Counted from the stretch's first letter, positions 45,986-54,918 are shown. The stretch is 64,000 nt of DNA from Chthoniobacterales bacterium (GCA_025929155.1 JAICMR010000002.1:3511-67510); one strand, 5' to 3'. Notes: generated from the sequence alone by a model not told the origin. Numbers and translations: made by a program.

Positions 45986-46127
45986 GGTTTGCAGTGGCTG
46001 GCCATTGGGCGCAGCTCTTTGTTTCAGGGAATGGAGATGACGAAGCGGCGACGATATTACCGGACAAATGCGAAAAGTTGTCTCCCGCCCCGCCGCTGGC
46101 GTGTGATCCGCTTCTCTCCCAGAGCAC

Positions 46128-47201
46128 ATGAGTGAAGGGCTAGAGCCACCCACGGATAACGATCGACTCCTCGCGCTTTACCTCGGCGCACCGTCCGATG
46201 CGGAAGCCGCCGCACCGCTCTCCGCTCTGTTCTCGCTCCACGCCGGACCGATCATCGAGGAAATCCTCCAGGCGAAACGGCGGAGAACGCAGCGGGATGA
46301 TTTCGAGCTCGAGGACGTTGGCAGCACGGCCCGCGCTTATCTTTTGCGCCACCTTGCGTCGCTTCGCGCCGGCGAACATGAGGAACCGATCCGCGACTTT
46401 CGCGCTTACGTCGCCACGGTCACCTATTCCGCCTGGGCGGAAGCGCTACGCGCGCGCCACCCACAGCGCGCGCTCCTGCTCAATCGCCTGCGTTACCTTC
46501 TCGAAAACCGGACGACGCAACGCGGCTTCGCGATTTGGGGCGATCCTGGCGGCGCTCAATGGTGCGGCTTTGCGCATTGGAGCGGACGGACCGGTGGCGC
46601 GACACCCAAACGGCAGTGGCTGCTGGCCGATCCAGGTGCGGCGGCTCGCGAAGCCTACGCTGGGGCCGATCCCGCGACGCTGATTTTACCTGCGCTGGTT
46701 GCGAAACTATTTCGATGGCTCGGGGGGCCGATCGAGTTACGCGACCTGACAAATGTCGTGGCCGAGCTGACCGGAATCGCCCGCACGCCGATCCCAGCGC
46801 CGGAGACCGACGCGCGCCGGATCGACCCGCGCAATTCACCGGCCGAAGAACTGGTCTGGAAGGAATATCTCTCCTGGCTTTGGGTTGAAACCGGAACCTT
46901 GTCGCAACGTCAGCGCCGGGCTTTCCTGCTCCATTCCGATCTTTTGCCGGAGCTGGAAGCGGCCGGCGTCGCCCCACTCCGCGCGCAGGCTTCGTCGCTC
47001 AACTTTTCGCCTAACGAATTCGCGGAAATCTGGAACCGCCTTCCGCTCGACGACCTCACGATCGCGCAAATGATCGAAGGGACGCGCCAGCAGGTAATCA
47101 ATTTGCGCCGGGTCGCCCGCGAGAAATTGGGTGCCGCCTGGCGAAAGTGGAATCCAGGTAATAAGCCGCGCGAATTATCATCTAAAGAAGGAAGAGCATG
47201 A
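46128..47201 (+). CDS. Atypically long ECF-like sigma-70 family protein (tentative)
   Basis: 357-aa ORF. A region-2-like segment (IRDFRAYVATVTYSAWAEALRARHP) and a region-4-like HTH (LSQRQRRAFLLH ... LTIAQMIEGTRQQVINLRRVAREKL) are separated by long inserts. 4-nt overlap with the downstream anti-sigma-like gene. Confidence 0.45.
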   Translation: MSEGLEPPTDNDRLLALYLGAPSDAEAAAPLSALFSLHAGPIIEEILQAKRRRTQRDDFELEDVGSTARAYLLRHLASLRAGEHEEPIRDFRAYVATVTYSAWAEALRARHPQRALLLNRLRYLLENRTTQRGFAIWGDPGGAQWCGFAHWSGRTGGATPKRQWLLADPGAAAREAYAGADPATLILPALVAKLFRWLGGPIELRDLTNVVAELTGIARTPIPAPETDARRIDPRNSPAEELVWKEYLSWLWVETGTLSQRQRRAFLLHSDLLPELEAAGVAPLRAQASSLNFSPNEFAEIWNRLPLDDLTIAQMIEGTRQQVINLRRVAREKLGAAWRKWNPGNKPRELSSKEGRA

Positions 47202-48319
47202 ACGCGGACGACCACCTCTCGCCGGATGAGCTCATCGCTTATGGGCAGCGCACGCTCGCACCCGCCGCGCTCCTCCCCGCGAGTGATCATCTTGCTTCGT
47301 GCGAGCGTTGTCGCGCTGCTCTCCGTGAGGCGAACCCGCTGCCTGCGGAAACCGAAGCGGCCACCTACGAAGAGCTGGCCGCGGCCGTCAGCGGGGAAGC
47401 CGATCCCCTCGCCCGTCGGCGTCTCAGGCAGTCGCGGCAGAGCGTTGCCGAGCTGGCTGATCTGCTCGCGTTCCGCGACGAGATGGATGCCCTGCCGGCT
47501 TTCGACTACTCGCTAGGCGAAGAACCGGCTCGCTCGCGTGCGAGCTGGATCCTCCCGATCGCGGCTGGCCTCGCCTTCGCATTCGCCTTGTTTTGGTTGA
47601 ACTCGAGCGGCCGCCAGGCAAGCCGCGGTCTTGTCCTTCACGACGCGGGAAAGAAAATCGTCGTTCGGCAGGATGGCACCGTGCCGGCGCTGGGTCCACT
47701 CTCGGAAGGTTTGCGTGATGCCGTTCGCGTCGCGGCTTCGTCAGGCAAAGTCGAGCTCCCGCCGCTCGTTAGGGAGCTACGCCCAGCTGCCGAGACTTTG
47801 GCTGGCGCACCAACTGTCTCGCAAAACTTTTCCCCGGTCAGCCCGATCGGAACCGCCGTGGCGACCGCGCAACCGACGCTGCGCTGGAGTCGCGACCCAG
47901 ACGCGACTGGTTACCGCGTCAACCTGCAGCGGCGGAGCGGCGGAGCGGTACTCACGAGCCCATCGTTAACCGCGGAACAAAGCGAGTGGACGCCCCCGCA
48001 ACCTTTGGTCGCAGGCGAAACCTATGAATGGGACGTAGAAGCGTTACGCGGGGAGGAAATGATCGGGAAAGCGCCCGCGCCACCCGAACCGGAAGCCTGC
48101 TTCGCAGTTCTGCCTAACGACAAGCAGAAGGAGCTGAGTGACCTTCGGGCACAGCTTCAGGGGTCGCATCTGCTGCTCGGTCTGGCCTACGCCCGCGCCG
48201 GTCTCGTGCCGGAAGCGCGCGCCGAATTCGGCCAGCTCGCCCAGGACAATCCCGAGAGCCAGTTGCCGAAGGACCTCCTCGCCAGCCTAACGATCCCAAC
48301 GCCGGCTAACGCCCGATGA
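47198..48319 (+). CDS. Anti-sigma-factor-like membrane protein (zf-HC2 N-terminus, one TM, periplasmic Ig/FN3-like plus TPR-like C-terminus)
   Basis: HLSPDELIAYGQRTLAPAALLPASDHLASCERCRAAL is the zf-HC2 pattern. TM helix WILPIAAGLAFAFALFWL. Translationally coupled to the sigma-like gene. Confidence 0.6.
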   Translation: MNADDHLSPDELIAYGQRTLAPAALLPASDHLASCERCRAALREANPLPAETEAATYEELAAAVSGEADPLARRRLRQSRQSVAELADLLAFRDEMDALPAFDYSLGEEPARSRASWILPIAAGLAFAFALFWLNSSGRQASRGLVLHDAGKKIVVRQDGTVPALGPLSEGLRDAVRVAASSGKVELPPLVRELRPAAETLAGAPTVSQNFSPVSPIGTAVATAQPTLRWSRDPDATGYRVNLQRRSGGAVLTSPSLTAEQSEWTPPQPLVAGETYEWDVEALRGEEMIGKAPAPPEPEACFAVLPNDKQKELSDLRAQLQGSHLLLGLAYARAGLVPEARAEFGQLAQDNPESQLPKDLLASLTIPTPANAR

Positions 48320-50795
48320 GCACGAACGGCGCCCAGTAAAAGGGGTGCTGATAACGCTCGTTCTTCCGCAGCGCGAGACTCGCCTGCCGCAGCGCCTCGG
48401 CCTTCTCAACGCCCTCGTGCAGGCCGCGATGCAGCTCCACCATTAATTGCGTGCTGCTCGCGCTGTCCACTTTCCATTGGCTGACGATCGTTGCCGGGCA
48501 CCCCGCGGCCATGAAGGCCCACGATAATCCCACCACCCCTTCGCCCGCCGTGACTTCGCCGCGAGCCGTTTCGCAGCCGCACAAGATCGCGAGACGCGCG
48601 CGCAACTTTATGTGCATCAACTCCCGCGCCTCGAGTCGCCCATCTTCTTCCGGCGCAAGATTCACCTGCGAGAAAAGCAGGTAGGAATAAAGCGGCGCGC
48701 GATCGTTGAGCACGCCGTGCGTCGCCAAGTGCAGGATCGCGGCGTTCGCTGCTTCATGCTTGAAAACTTTTTCGCGCGCCTCGTTACCAACGAGGACTTT
48801 GCCGCTCGGCGACGGGTAAATCTTCTCCAGCTCGCGCGCCTGCGAATCCATCTGCGGGAGCGGCTGCCAGCCGCGCTCGCGCGCCATCGCGGAATCGCCC
48901 AGCGCGGGGTTCGCAAATGCCAGCAGCGCGTGTTCCGGAGTCGGTTCCTGGCCATTCTGTTGAGCCCGCGCAAGGAGCGAAAGAGACGGCGCATAACTCA
49001 CGGCGTGCTCGACCAGCAGCGGATGATCCGCGCCGCTCTCAAGCGTCTGAAACGGTAATTCCCAGAGCGACCCGTCCGGAACAATCATGATCGAGCTAGC
49101 TTGCCGCAATTCGGTTTCCACCGGGCGCAGGAGCAGGTCGTAAAGCGCGCCCGCGTCCTTTTCCCAGGCCAGACTGCGCAGCGCCAGCCGCGCCCGGTAC
49201 GCGCTCGTGAGGCGACCTATCTCGGCGCGGCCTTTGCCTAACGAGATCACTTTCAGCTCCGGTTTCGTCTTTTCCGGCCCAAGACGAATGAGAAAAAGAT
49301 AGGCCTCCTCTTCCGTCACGACGTAACGGAGGAGCGTACTTCGCCCCTCCTGCAGCAGCGGGGCAAGCGAGCCTAACGAGTCGAACGACGCCGACGGAGT
49401 GGTCCGGCGCAGCTCTGGGTGCGCCTCCTCCAGCGCCGCCTCGAAATCCTCTTCGGCGCGCTCCGCTTTCTCGACGGCCTTGCTCGCTTTTTCCCCGCCC
49501 GCGTTTCGCAGCTCCCGTCGCGCTCCGGCGAGCTGCAGGTCGAACTGTTGTTGTCGTTTGCGCTCGTCGGTACTCAGGAGCGCCGCCCACTCGACGCGCC
49601 CAGCTCGGGCCATGTCGAGCAGGACGCGCGCGCTCGCTCGTTCCGCGATCGCGAGCGCTTTCTCCGGCTCACCTTGCCTAACGAGAAGTGAAACCAACCG
49701 GTGATACGGCTCGATTTGCTGCGCGAAAAATGTCTCGCGCGCCACGTCGCCGCCTGCGACCTGGCCGCGCATCTTCTCCACGGCCGCGATCGCTTCCTCA
49801 AACGACCGCCGCGCCTCTTTGTCGTCGGCCGCGCATTCCCCGGCGAAGGTGAGCGCCGGCACGAGCTGATCGAGCTGCGCTACTTTACGCGAGAGGGCGA
49901 CGGCCTGCTGCGCCTGCAGGCGCGCCGCCGCGACCTCGCCACGCGCCCGCGCCACCCGCGCGCTCCCCAGCAGGGCCCGGGCTTCCCCGCCAATGTCGTG
50001 CAACTCGCGCGCGAGCTGTAGCGATTGGGCAAAATCGTCGCGCGCCGCGTCGAGGTTCCCGCGTTTGAATTCGAGATCGCCGAGCGTGCCTAACGAACTT
50101 TCGACCCGCGGCCGGAACTTCGCCTTTTCCGCCACGGCCCGCGCGCGCTTGATCGACTCCACCGCGCGCTCGAACTCACCGAGCGCGCTGTAGCTCATGC
50201 CGATGTTGTTAAAGACAAAGGCCATGTTCCAGGCCTGGTCGTCGCCGACCGCGGCACGGGCGCGCTCATAGAACTCAAGCGCGCGCTTCGGCTGGCCCTC
50301 CGTGCGATAAACTTCGCCGATGCTGTTGAGTGCCGGAATGATGCCATCGCGATATTTGACCTTCTCTGAAAGCGCGAGTGCGCGGTAGAACGACTCAAGC
50401 GCGTGCGCAAAATCGGATTCCTCCAGATAGACAATCCCGCGCGCCTGTTCGGCGCTGATTAGCCCGTGGGCAAACTCCGGATGCGCCCGATAAAATCCGA
50501 TTGCTTGATCGATGGCGCCGAGCGCTCCCGTGAGATCGCCGGACTCGCGCAGGACAAAAGCCAGCTCGACCTCCGCCGCGGCAGCGTCCTCGCCGGCGTC
50601 GGCCTGGCGCGCGAGGTGAAGCGCTCGCTCGCATTCGTCCGCCGCGTGCAGGTAGTCGCCGGTGAGTGTTATTTGATAAGCGTGCTGGAGCAGTTGCTTC
50701 CGGATCGCGGCAGAATTCTCTTCTGCGGAGAGTGCGTGGGTCGCGGAGGTGCAGAGGACCAGGAGGGTCGCGAGGAACTGATGGCGGAACGGCAT
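48306..50795 (-). CDS. Secreted TPR-repeat + CHAT-domain (caspase-like protease) protein
   Basis: Start re-set to the ATG at 50795 (MPFRHQFLATLLVLCTSATHALSAEE, a signal peptide). Long TPR array, then a C-terminal CHAT region: ILHLATHGV...LAILCGCETARGE...GVVGLSWAFMAAGCPATIVSQWKVDS (His/Cys dyad). Confidence 0.85.
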   Translation of the reverse strand: MPFRHQFLATLLVLCTSATHALSAEENSAAIRKQLLQHAYQITLTGDYLHAADECERALHLARQADAGEDAAAAEVELAFVLRESGDLTGALGAIDQAIGFYRAHPEFAHGLISAEQARGIVYLEESDFAHALESFYRALALSEKVKYRDGIIPALNSIGEVYRTEGQPKRALEFYERARAAVGDDQAWNMAFVFNNIGMSYSALGEFERAVESIKRARAVAEKAKFRPRVESSLGTLGDLEFKRGNLDAARDDFAQSLQLARELHDIGGEARALLGSARVARARGEVAAARLQAQQAVALSRKVAQLDQLVPALTFAGECAADDKEARRSFEEAIAAVEKMRGQVAGGDVARETFFAQQIEPYHRLVSLLVRQGEPEKALAIAERASARVLLDMARAGRVEWAALLSTDERKRQQQFDLQLAGARRELRNAGGEKASKAVEKAERAEEDFEAALEEAHPELRRTTPSASFDSLGSLAPLLQEGRSTLLRYVVTEEEAYLFLIRLGPEKTKPELKVISLGKGRAEIGRLTSAYRARLALRSLAWEKDAGALYDLLLRPVETELRQASSIMIVPDGSLWELPFQTLESGADHPLLVEHAVSYAPSLSLLARAQQNGQEPTPEHALLAFANPALGDSAMARERGWQPLPQMDSQARELEKIYPSPSGKVLVGNEAREKVFKHEAANAAILHLATHGVLNDRAPLYSYLLFSQVNLAPEEDGRLEARELMHIKLRARLAILCGCETARGEVTAGEGVVGLSWAFMAAGCPATIVSQWKVDSASSTQLMVELHRGLHEGVEKAEALRQASLALRKNERYQHPFYWAPFVLIGR

Positions 50796-50901
50796 TTCGC
50801 GTGAGGAGATTTCGCCTGGTTCTCGAAGAAGCAAGCGGGAACCATGCCCAAGCGACGCGGTGGACGTTTGTGTTTGCTGTGCGCTTTCTCGATCTTGGCT
50901 G

Positions 50902-51498
50902 ATGTTGCGCTTCTTCCTCGCGCTGCTCTTTCTTGCCACAAGTCTGCGCGCGCAACCCCCTAACGAGCACGAGATCGCGCAGCTCTATGGTCGCGGTTTG
51001 GCCGGCAATTCCCATGCCGTGATCGATTGCGTGGCCGCGCTCGAAGAGGTACTGGCGGCTCGGCCTAACGACCAACTGGCGCGGGTTTATCTCGGGAGCG
51101 CCGAAACCCTGCGCAGCCGAGATCTGCCCTTTGGCCTGCAGAAATGGAGGACGCTCCAACACGGGATCGCGTTGATGGATGAAGCCGCGGCCGCCGCGCC
51201 AGAGAATGGCCGGGTCCAGCTTCTGCGCGCGGTTACGAATGAAGCTTTCCCCCCAATCCTCGGCCGGCGGAAAGTCGCACGTGATGCGCTCGAAAAGCTG
51301 GTCGTCGAGGTGGAGAAGGATCGAACGAAACTTTCGCCTAACGATCAGCAACTTCTCTACCTGAATGCTGGGGAGGCCGCGCAAAAGGCCGGCGAGCAGG
51401 CGCGGGCGATCTCGCTTTGGAAGAAAGGTGTTGCGTTGCAGGCGGATTCCAGCCTAACGAACGAATTGCGCTCGGCGATCAAGGCGGCCGCGCCCTAA
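50902..51498 (+). CDS. Secreted helical/TPR-like hypothetical protein
   Basis: Start re-set to the ATG at 50902 (MLRFFLALLFLATSLRAQ, a signal peptide). Divergent from the CHAT gene. Contains four copies of the CCTAACGA word. Confidence 0.5.
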   Translation: MLRFFLALLFLATSLRAQPPNEHEIAQLYGRGLAGNSHAVIDCVAALEEVLAARPNDQLARVYLGSAETLRSRDLPFGLQKWRTLQHGIALMDEAAAAAPENGRVQLLRAVTNEAFPPILGRRKVARDALEKLVVEVEKDRTKLSPNDQQLLYLNAGEAAQKAGEQARAISLWKKGVALQADSSLTNELRSAIKAAAP

Positions 51499-51707
51499 GA
51501 CTGCGTCCCTGCGAGGCTTTGCTTGGGCGTCTGTCCTGTAGGCGAGTTTTCCGCGAGGCCGCGAAAACAGCACGCAAGGCGCGTGCGCTCTTCCGATTTG
51601 AGCACGGGTTTCGAGCGCGGGATTAGTCGAGGATTCCCGAGGTCGATTCACCCTCGGCCTTAGGAGCTCGCGCTCGACGCCCCGGAAAGTTGTGGCCCAT
51701 TACGAGC

Positions 51708-52250
51708 ATGCAGGAGAATCTCGAGCGCGTGCTCTTCGACGAGCAAACGATCCTGCGCCGGCTCGACCAGATTGCCGCTCAGATCGTCACCGACTACCGC
51801 GAGCGCGACCTGACCGTGATCGCAGTCCTAAATGGCAGCCTGATTTTCATGGCCGATCTGCTCCGGCGAATTCCGCTGCCGCTGAAGCTCGATTGTCTGA
51901 GAGTTGCGAGCTATCACGGCGGCACCCGCACCACCGGCGGCGTGGTCTTTAATCAAGTCGCGCTGCCCGACGTGACAGGACGCCATATCTTGATCCTCGA
52001 CGACATTCTCGACAGCGGCGTGACCCTGGCCGCGATCGGCGAAAAGCTGCGTGCGGCGCGACCTCTGAGCGTGAAGCTTTGCGTGCTTCTGCGGAAGCAG
52101 AAGATCCGACTCCGGCCACTCGAAGCCGACTACGTTGGGTTCGATATCCGCGATGAATTCGTCGTCGGCTATGGATTGGATTACCAGGAGCGCTATCGAA
52201 ACTTACCCTGCATCGGAGTCCTCCGGACGGAACTGATCGGAGCGGCCTGA
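51708..52250 (+). CDS. hpt: Hypoxanthine phosphoribosyltransferase
   Basis: LTVIAVLNGSLIFMADLLR...HILILDDILDSGVTL (PRPP motif)...VGFDIRDEFVVGYGLDY. Confidence 0.9.
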   Translation: MQENLERVLFDEQTILRRLDQIAAQIVTDYRERDLTVIAVLNGSLIFMADLLRRIPLPLKLDCLRVASYHGGTRTTGGVVFNQVALPDVTGRHILILDDILDSGVTLAAIGEKLRAARPLSVKLCVLLRKQKIRLRPLEADYVGFDIRDEFVVGYGLDYQERYRNLPCIGVLRTELIGAA

Positions 52251-52252
52251 CA

Positions 52253-52498
52253 ATGCGCATTCCGGTCCAATACTTTTCGCAGTTGAAGGAGATCGCAGGA
52301 GGGTCCGAGGAAATCGTGGAGCTGCCGGCAGGCGCAACAATCGGCGAATTGCTTGCGCGGATCTATCAACTCCATCCGGGTTTAAAGAAGTGGGAGCGTA
52401 CTCTTTTGGTCGGAGCGGGCGTGGAATTCGTGGAACCGGATTACATAATCCAGCCTAACGACGCGATCGCGATTATGCCGCCGGTTCAGGGTGGATGA
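52253..52498 (+). CDS. moaD: MoaD/ThiS-family sulfur-carrier protein
   Basis: 81 aa, ubiquitin-like, ends ...IMPPVQGG (C-terminal Gly-Gly). Confidence 0.75.
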   Translation: MRIPVQYFSQLKEIAGGSEEIVELPAGATIGELLARIYQLHPGLKKWERTLLVGAGVEFVEPDYIIQPNDAIAIMPPVQGG

Positions 52499-52670
52499 GG
52501 CCGCTCGGCGCAGCCGGTGCCCTTTTCTCCATCCAATTGAATCGCGGTTTGCCGCGAAGCGCCGAATGAGATTTAGCCTAACGAGCGAACTTTTTCACGC
52601 GTCAACAGCGAAATTGCTTGCGTCCGGCAGGCGCACAGCATGTAGTGTCAGGCTGGTTCTCGGCCACATC

Positions 52671-53180
52671 ATGCGTTGTCCCAAATGCGGAAACAACGAC
52701 GACAAGGTTATCGATTCCAGGTCGTCGCGCGATCACTCCAGCATCCGGCGCCGGCGCGTCTGTCTTACCTGTGCCTTTCGTTTCACCACCTACGAACAAA
52801 TCGAGCGGGCTCATCTGCGCGTCGTTAAACGTGATCGGACACACGAGCGGTTCGATCGGCGCGAACTCTCCAATAGCGTCGCAAAAGCCTGCGAGAAGCG
52901 CGGCATTGGCCTCATCGTGCTCGAGCAAACGGTCGATGAAATCGTGCACGAGATCGAAACCCACGGCGGCGAGATCACGACCGCGGAGATCGGCGAGAAG
53001 GTCCTCAATAAGCTGCGCGACCTGGATGAAGTCGCCTATCTCCGCTACGCCTCGATCCATCATCGGTTCGAAAACGTCGATCGATTTGTGGAGGAAATTC
53101 AGGCGCTCGCGCGCCGCATCAAACCCAACGTGCTTCAGCGTGAGCTCTTCAATGAGCCGGTAAAAAATGGTCGCGTTTAA
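52671..53180 (+). CDS. nrdR: Transcriptional repressor NrdR (zinc ribbon + ATP-cone)
   Basis: Start re-set to the ATG at 52671: MRCPKCGNNDDKVIDSRSSRDHSSIRRRRVCLTCAFRFTTYEQIE..., then an ATP-cone (VVKRDRTHERFDRRELSNSVAKACEKR...). Confidence 0.9.
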   Translation: MRCPKCGNNDDKVIDSRSSRDHSSIRRRRVCLTCAFRFTTYEQIERAHLRVVKRDRTHERFDRRELSNSVAKACEKRGIGLIVLEQTVDEIVHEIETHGGEITTAEIGEKVLNKLRDLDEVAYLRYASIHHRFENVDRFVEEIQALARRIKPNVLQRELFNEPVKNGRV

Positions 53181-53730
53181 GGAAGAATTTCCCTATCTCC
53201 GCGCTGATTCCGGCCAGCTCTTCGAGTTTAATCGCGCCTGGCTTCAAAAGGCGATCACTCAAGCGGCTGATCGCGCCGGCTATCCGAGCTGGTGGCTGAC
53301 CGAACATGTGACGGAAAGCATCACCTTTTATCTGCGCCTGCGAACGGATGAATCGGTCGTCGCTTTCAGCCAGCTCAATCAAACGGTTCGCTACGTTTTG
53401 AAAGTGATCGGCTACAAGGAGATCGTGCCGCACTTCCGCCCGACTCCGCCGCCGATTTCCATCTCGCTGTTCGAGATCGCGGAAGCGGCCGGCGACGGCT
53501 ACGAGCTGGCTTTTTTCGACCTGCTCGAAAAGCGGGTCGCCGCGCTGACCGCGACGGGCGCGACGAGCGTGCATTTTTTCGGACTCCAGCCGGCGATCAA
53601 GTTGCTCTGTTCCGCGAAGACCTGGACGCGCGGCTGCGATGCGATGCGGGAAGAAGTCACCTGCTTCATTCGGGAGAAAGTGTTCCACGAATCGGAGACG
53701 CGGGCCGATCTGAGTTGCTCGATCCGATGA
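53167..53730 (+). CDS. Hypothetical protein (no family recognised)
   Basis: 187-aa ORF overlapping the nrdR stop by 14 nt and the HIT gene start by 16 nt. The compact operon context is the only support for it being coding. Confidence 0.5.
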   Translation: MVAFKEEFPYLRADSGQLFEFNRAWLQKAITQAADRAGYPSWWLTEHVTESITFYLRLRTDESVVAFSQLNQTVRYVLKVIGYKEIVPHFRPTPPPISISLFEIAEAAGDGYELAFFDLLEKRVAALTATGATSVHFFGLQPAIKLLCSAKTWTRGCDAMREEVTCFIREKVFHESETRADLSCSIR

Positions 53731-54065
53731 CGATTTTCGAGAAAATCATTGGGCGCGAGATTCCGGCGAAAATCGTTTTTGAAGACGACGATGTGATCGC
53801 CTTCCACGATGTGGACCCCAAAGCACCGGTCCACGTGTTGATCGTTCCGAAGCGCGTCATCCCGCGGCTGGCGGAGGCGGAGGAAGCGGATGCACCGTTG
53901 TTAGGTAAACTGATTTGGACGGCAACGAAAGTGGCGCGCGAGCTCGGGGTGGCGGAGAGCGGATACCGCGTTGTGATCAACAGCGGTCCTGATGCAGGGG
54001 AGAGCGTCCCGCACCTGCATGTGCACTTGCTCGGCAAGCGATCGTTAAGCTGGCCGCCCGGGTAG
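53715..54065 (+). CDS. HIT-family (histidine triad) nucleotide hydrolase
   Basis: IFEKIIGREIPAKIVFEDDDVIAFHDVDPKAPVHVLIVPK...VPHLHVHLLG. Confidence 0.85.
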   Translation: MLDPMTIFEKIIGREIPAKIVFEDDDVIAFHDVDPKAPVHVLIVPKRVIPRLAEAEEADAPLLGKLIWTATKVARELGVAESGYRVVINSGPDAGESVPHLHVHLLGKRSLSWPPG

Positions 54066-54116
54066 TCATCCTCACCAAGGTCAAGCTGGGAGATCCTTCG
54101 GTTTGCTTGGGATGAC
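54065..54116. repeat. Short (52-bp) member of the GTCATCC...GGATGAC palindromic element family
   Basis: GTCATCCTCACCAAGG...CTTGGGATGAC. Fills the convergent spacer between the HIT gene and fabI. Confidence 0.5.
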
Positions 54117-54141
54117 GACGTGAGAGAAGACGCCCGGAGGG

Positions 54142-54918
54142 TTACATCCCCATGATCTGATAGCCGCCGTCTACGTAAATCGTCTGGCCGGTGATGGCTG
54201 CCCCACCGTCGCTCGCAAGGAACAATCCTGTCTGGCCGATCTCCGCCGAATCGCAGCTCCGGCCTAACGGGGCGCGTTCCTGGTAATGTTTCATCATCGA
54301 CGAAAAGCCGCTGATGCCGCGCGCGGCGAGCGTGTTAACCGGTCCGGCGGAGATGCAGTTCACGCGGATTTTTTTCTTCCCGAGATCGTAGGCAAGATAA
54401 CGAGCGCTGGCCTCGAGGCTCGCCTTCGCCACGCCCATTACGTTGTAGTGGGGCACGACTTTTTTGGCCCCGTAGTACGTCATGGCCACGATGCTGCCGC
54501 CGTCGGTCATGAGCGGCGCCGCCTCGCGCGCGAGCGCGACTAACGAATACGCGCTGATGTCATGCGCGGTCCGGAAGGCTTCGCGCGAAGTGCTCAGGAA
54601 ATCGCCTTCGAGCGCTTCCTTCGGCGCGAATGCGACCGAGTGCAGCAAGAGATCGATCCGGCTGCTGGTGCCGCGGACTTTCTCAAAAAAATCCGCGATC
54701 TCGTCATCCTGCGTAACATCGCACGGCCAGAGCGGCGTCCCTTCGCCGAATTCCGCGACCAGCTCCTCGACGTTCTCTTTCAATCGCTCCCCCTGATAGT
54801 TGAAAATTAGTTTCGCGCCGGCTCCGGCCCAGGCTTTGGCGATCGCCCAGGCGATGCTGCGTTTATTGGCGACGCCGAAGACGACGCCGGTTTTTCCCGC
54901 GAGAATTTGGTCTGCCAT
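54142..54918 (-). CDS. fabI: Enoyl-[acyl-carrier-protein] reductase (NADH), FabI
   Basis: GKTGVVFGVANKRSIAW...LHSVAFAP...YYGAKKVVPHYNVMGVAKASLE...RVNCISAGP. Confidence 0.9.
   Translation of the reverse strand: MADQILAGKTGVVFGVANKRSIAWAIAKAWAGAGAKLIFNYQGERLKENVEELVAEFGEGTPLWPCDVTQDDEIADFFEKVRGTSSRIDLLLHSVAFAPKEALEGDFLSTSREAFRTAHDISAYSLVALAREAAPLMTDGGSIVAMTYYGAKKVVPHYNVMGVAKASLEASARYLAYDLGKKKIRVNCISAGPVNTLAARGISGFSSMMKHYQERAPLGRSCDSAEIGQTGLFLASDGGAAITGQTIYVDGGYQIMGM

Noticed and set aside
51625-51665. Possible ninth copy of the palindromic element (GATTAGTCGAGGATTCCCGAGGTCGATTCACCCTCGG) upstream of hpt
   Set aside because: Only the inner GTCGAGGAT-CCC part resembles the family. The termini are absent, so it is too diverged to count.
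52635-52648. ACAGCATGTAGTGT upstream of nrdR as an autoregulatory NrdR box
   Set aside because: It is 14 nt rather than 16, only 8 of 14 positions are self-complementary, and it is a single copy. This is too weak to call.
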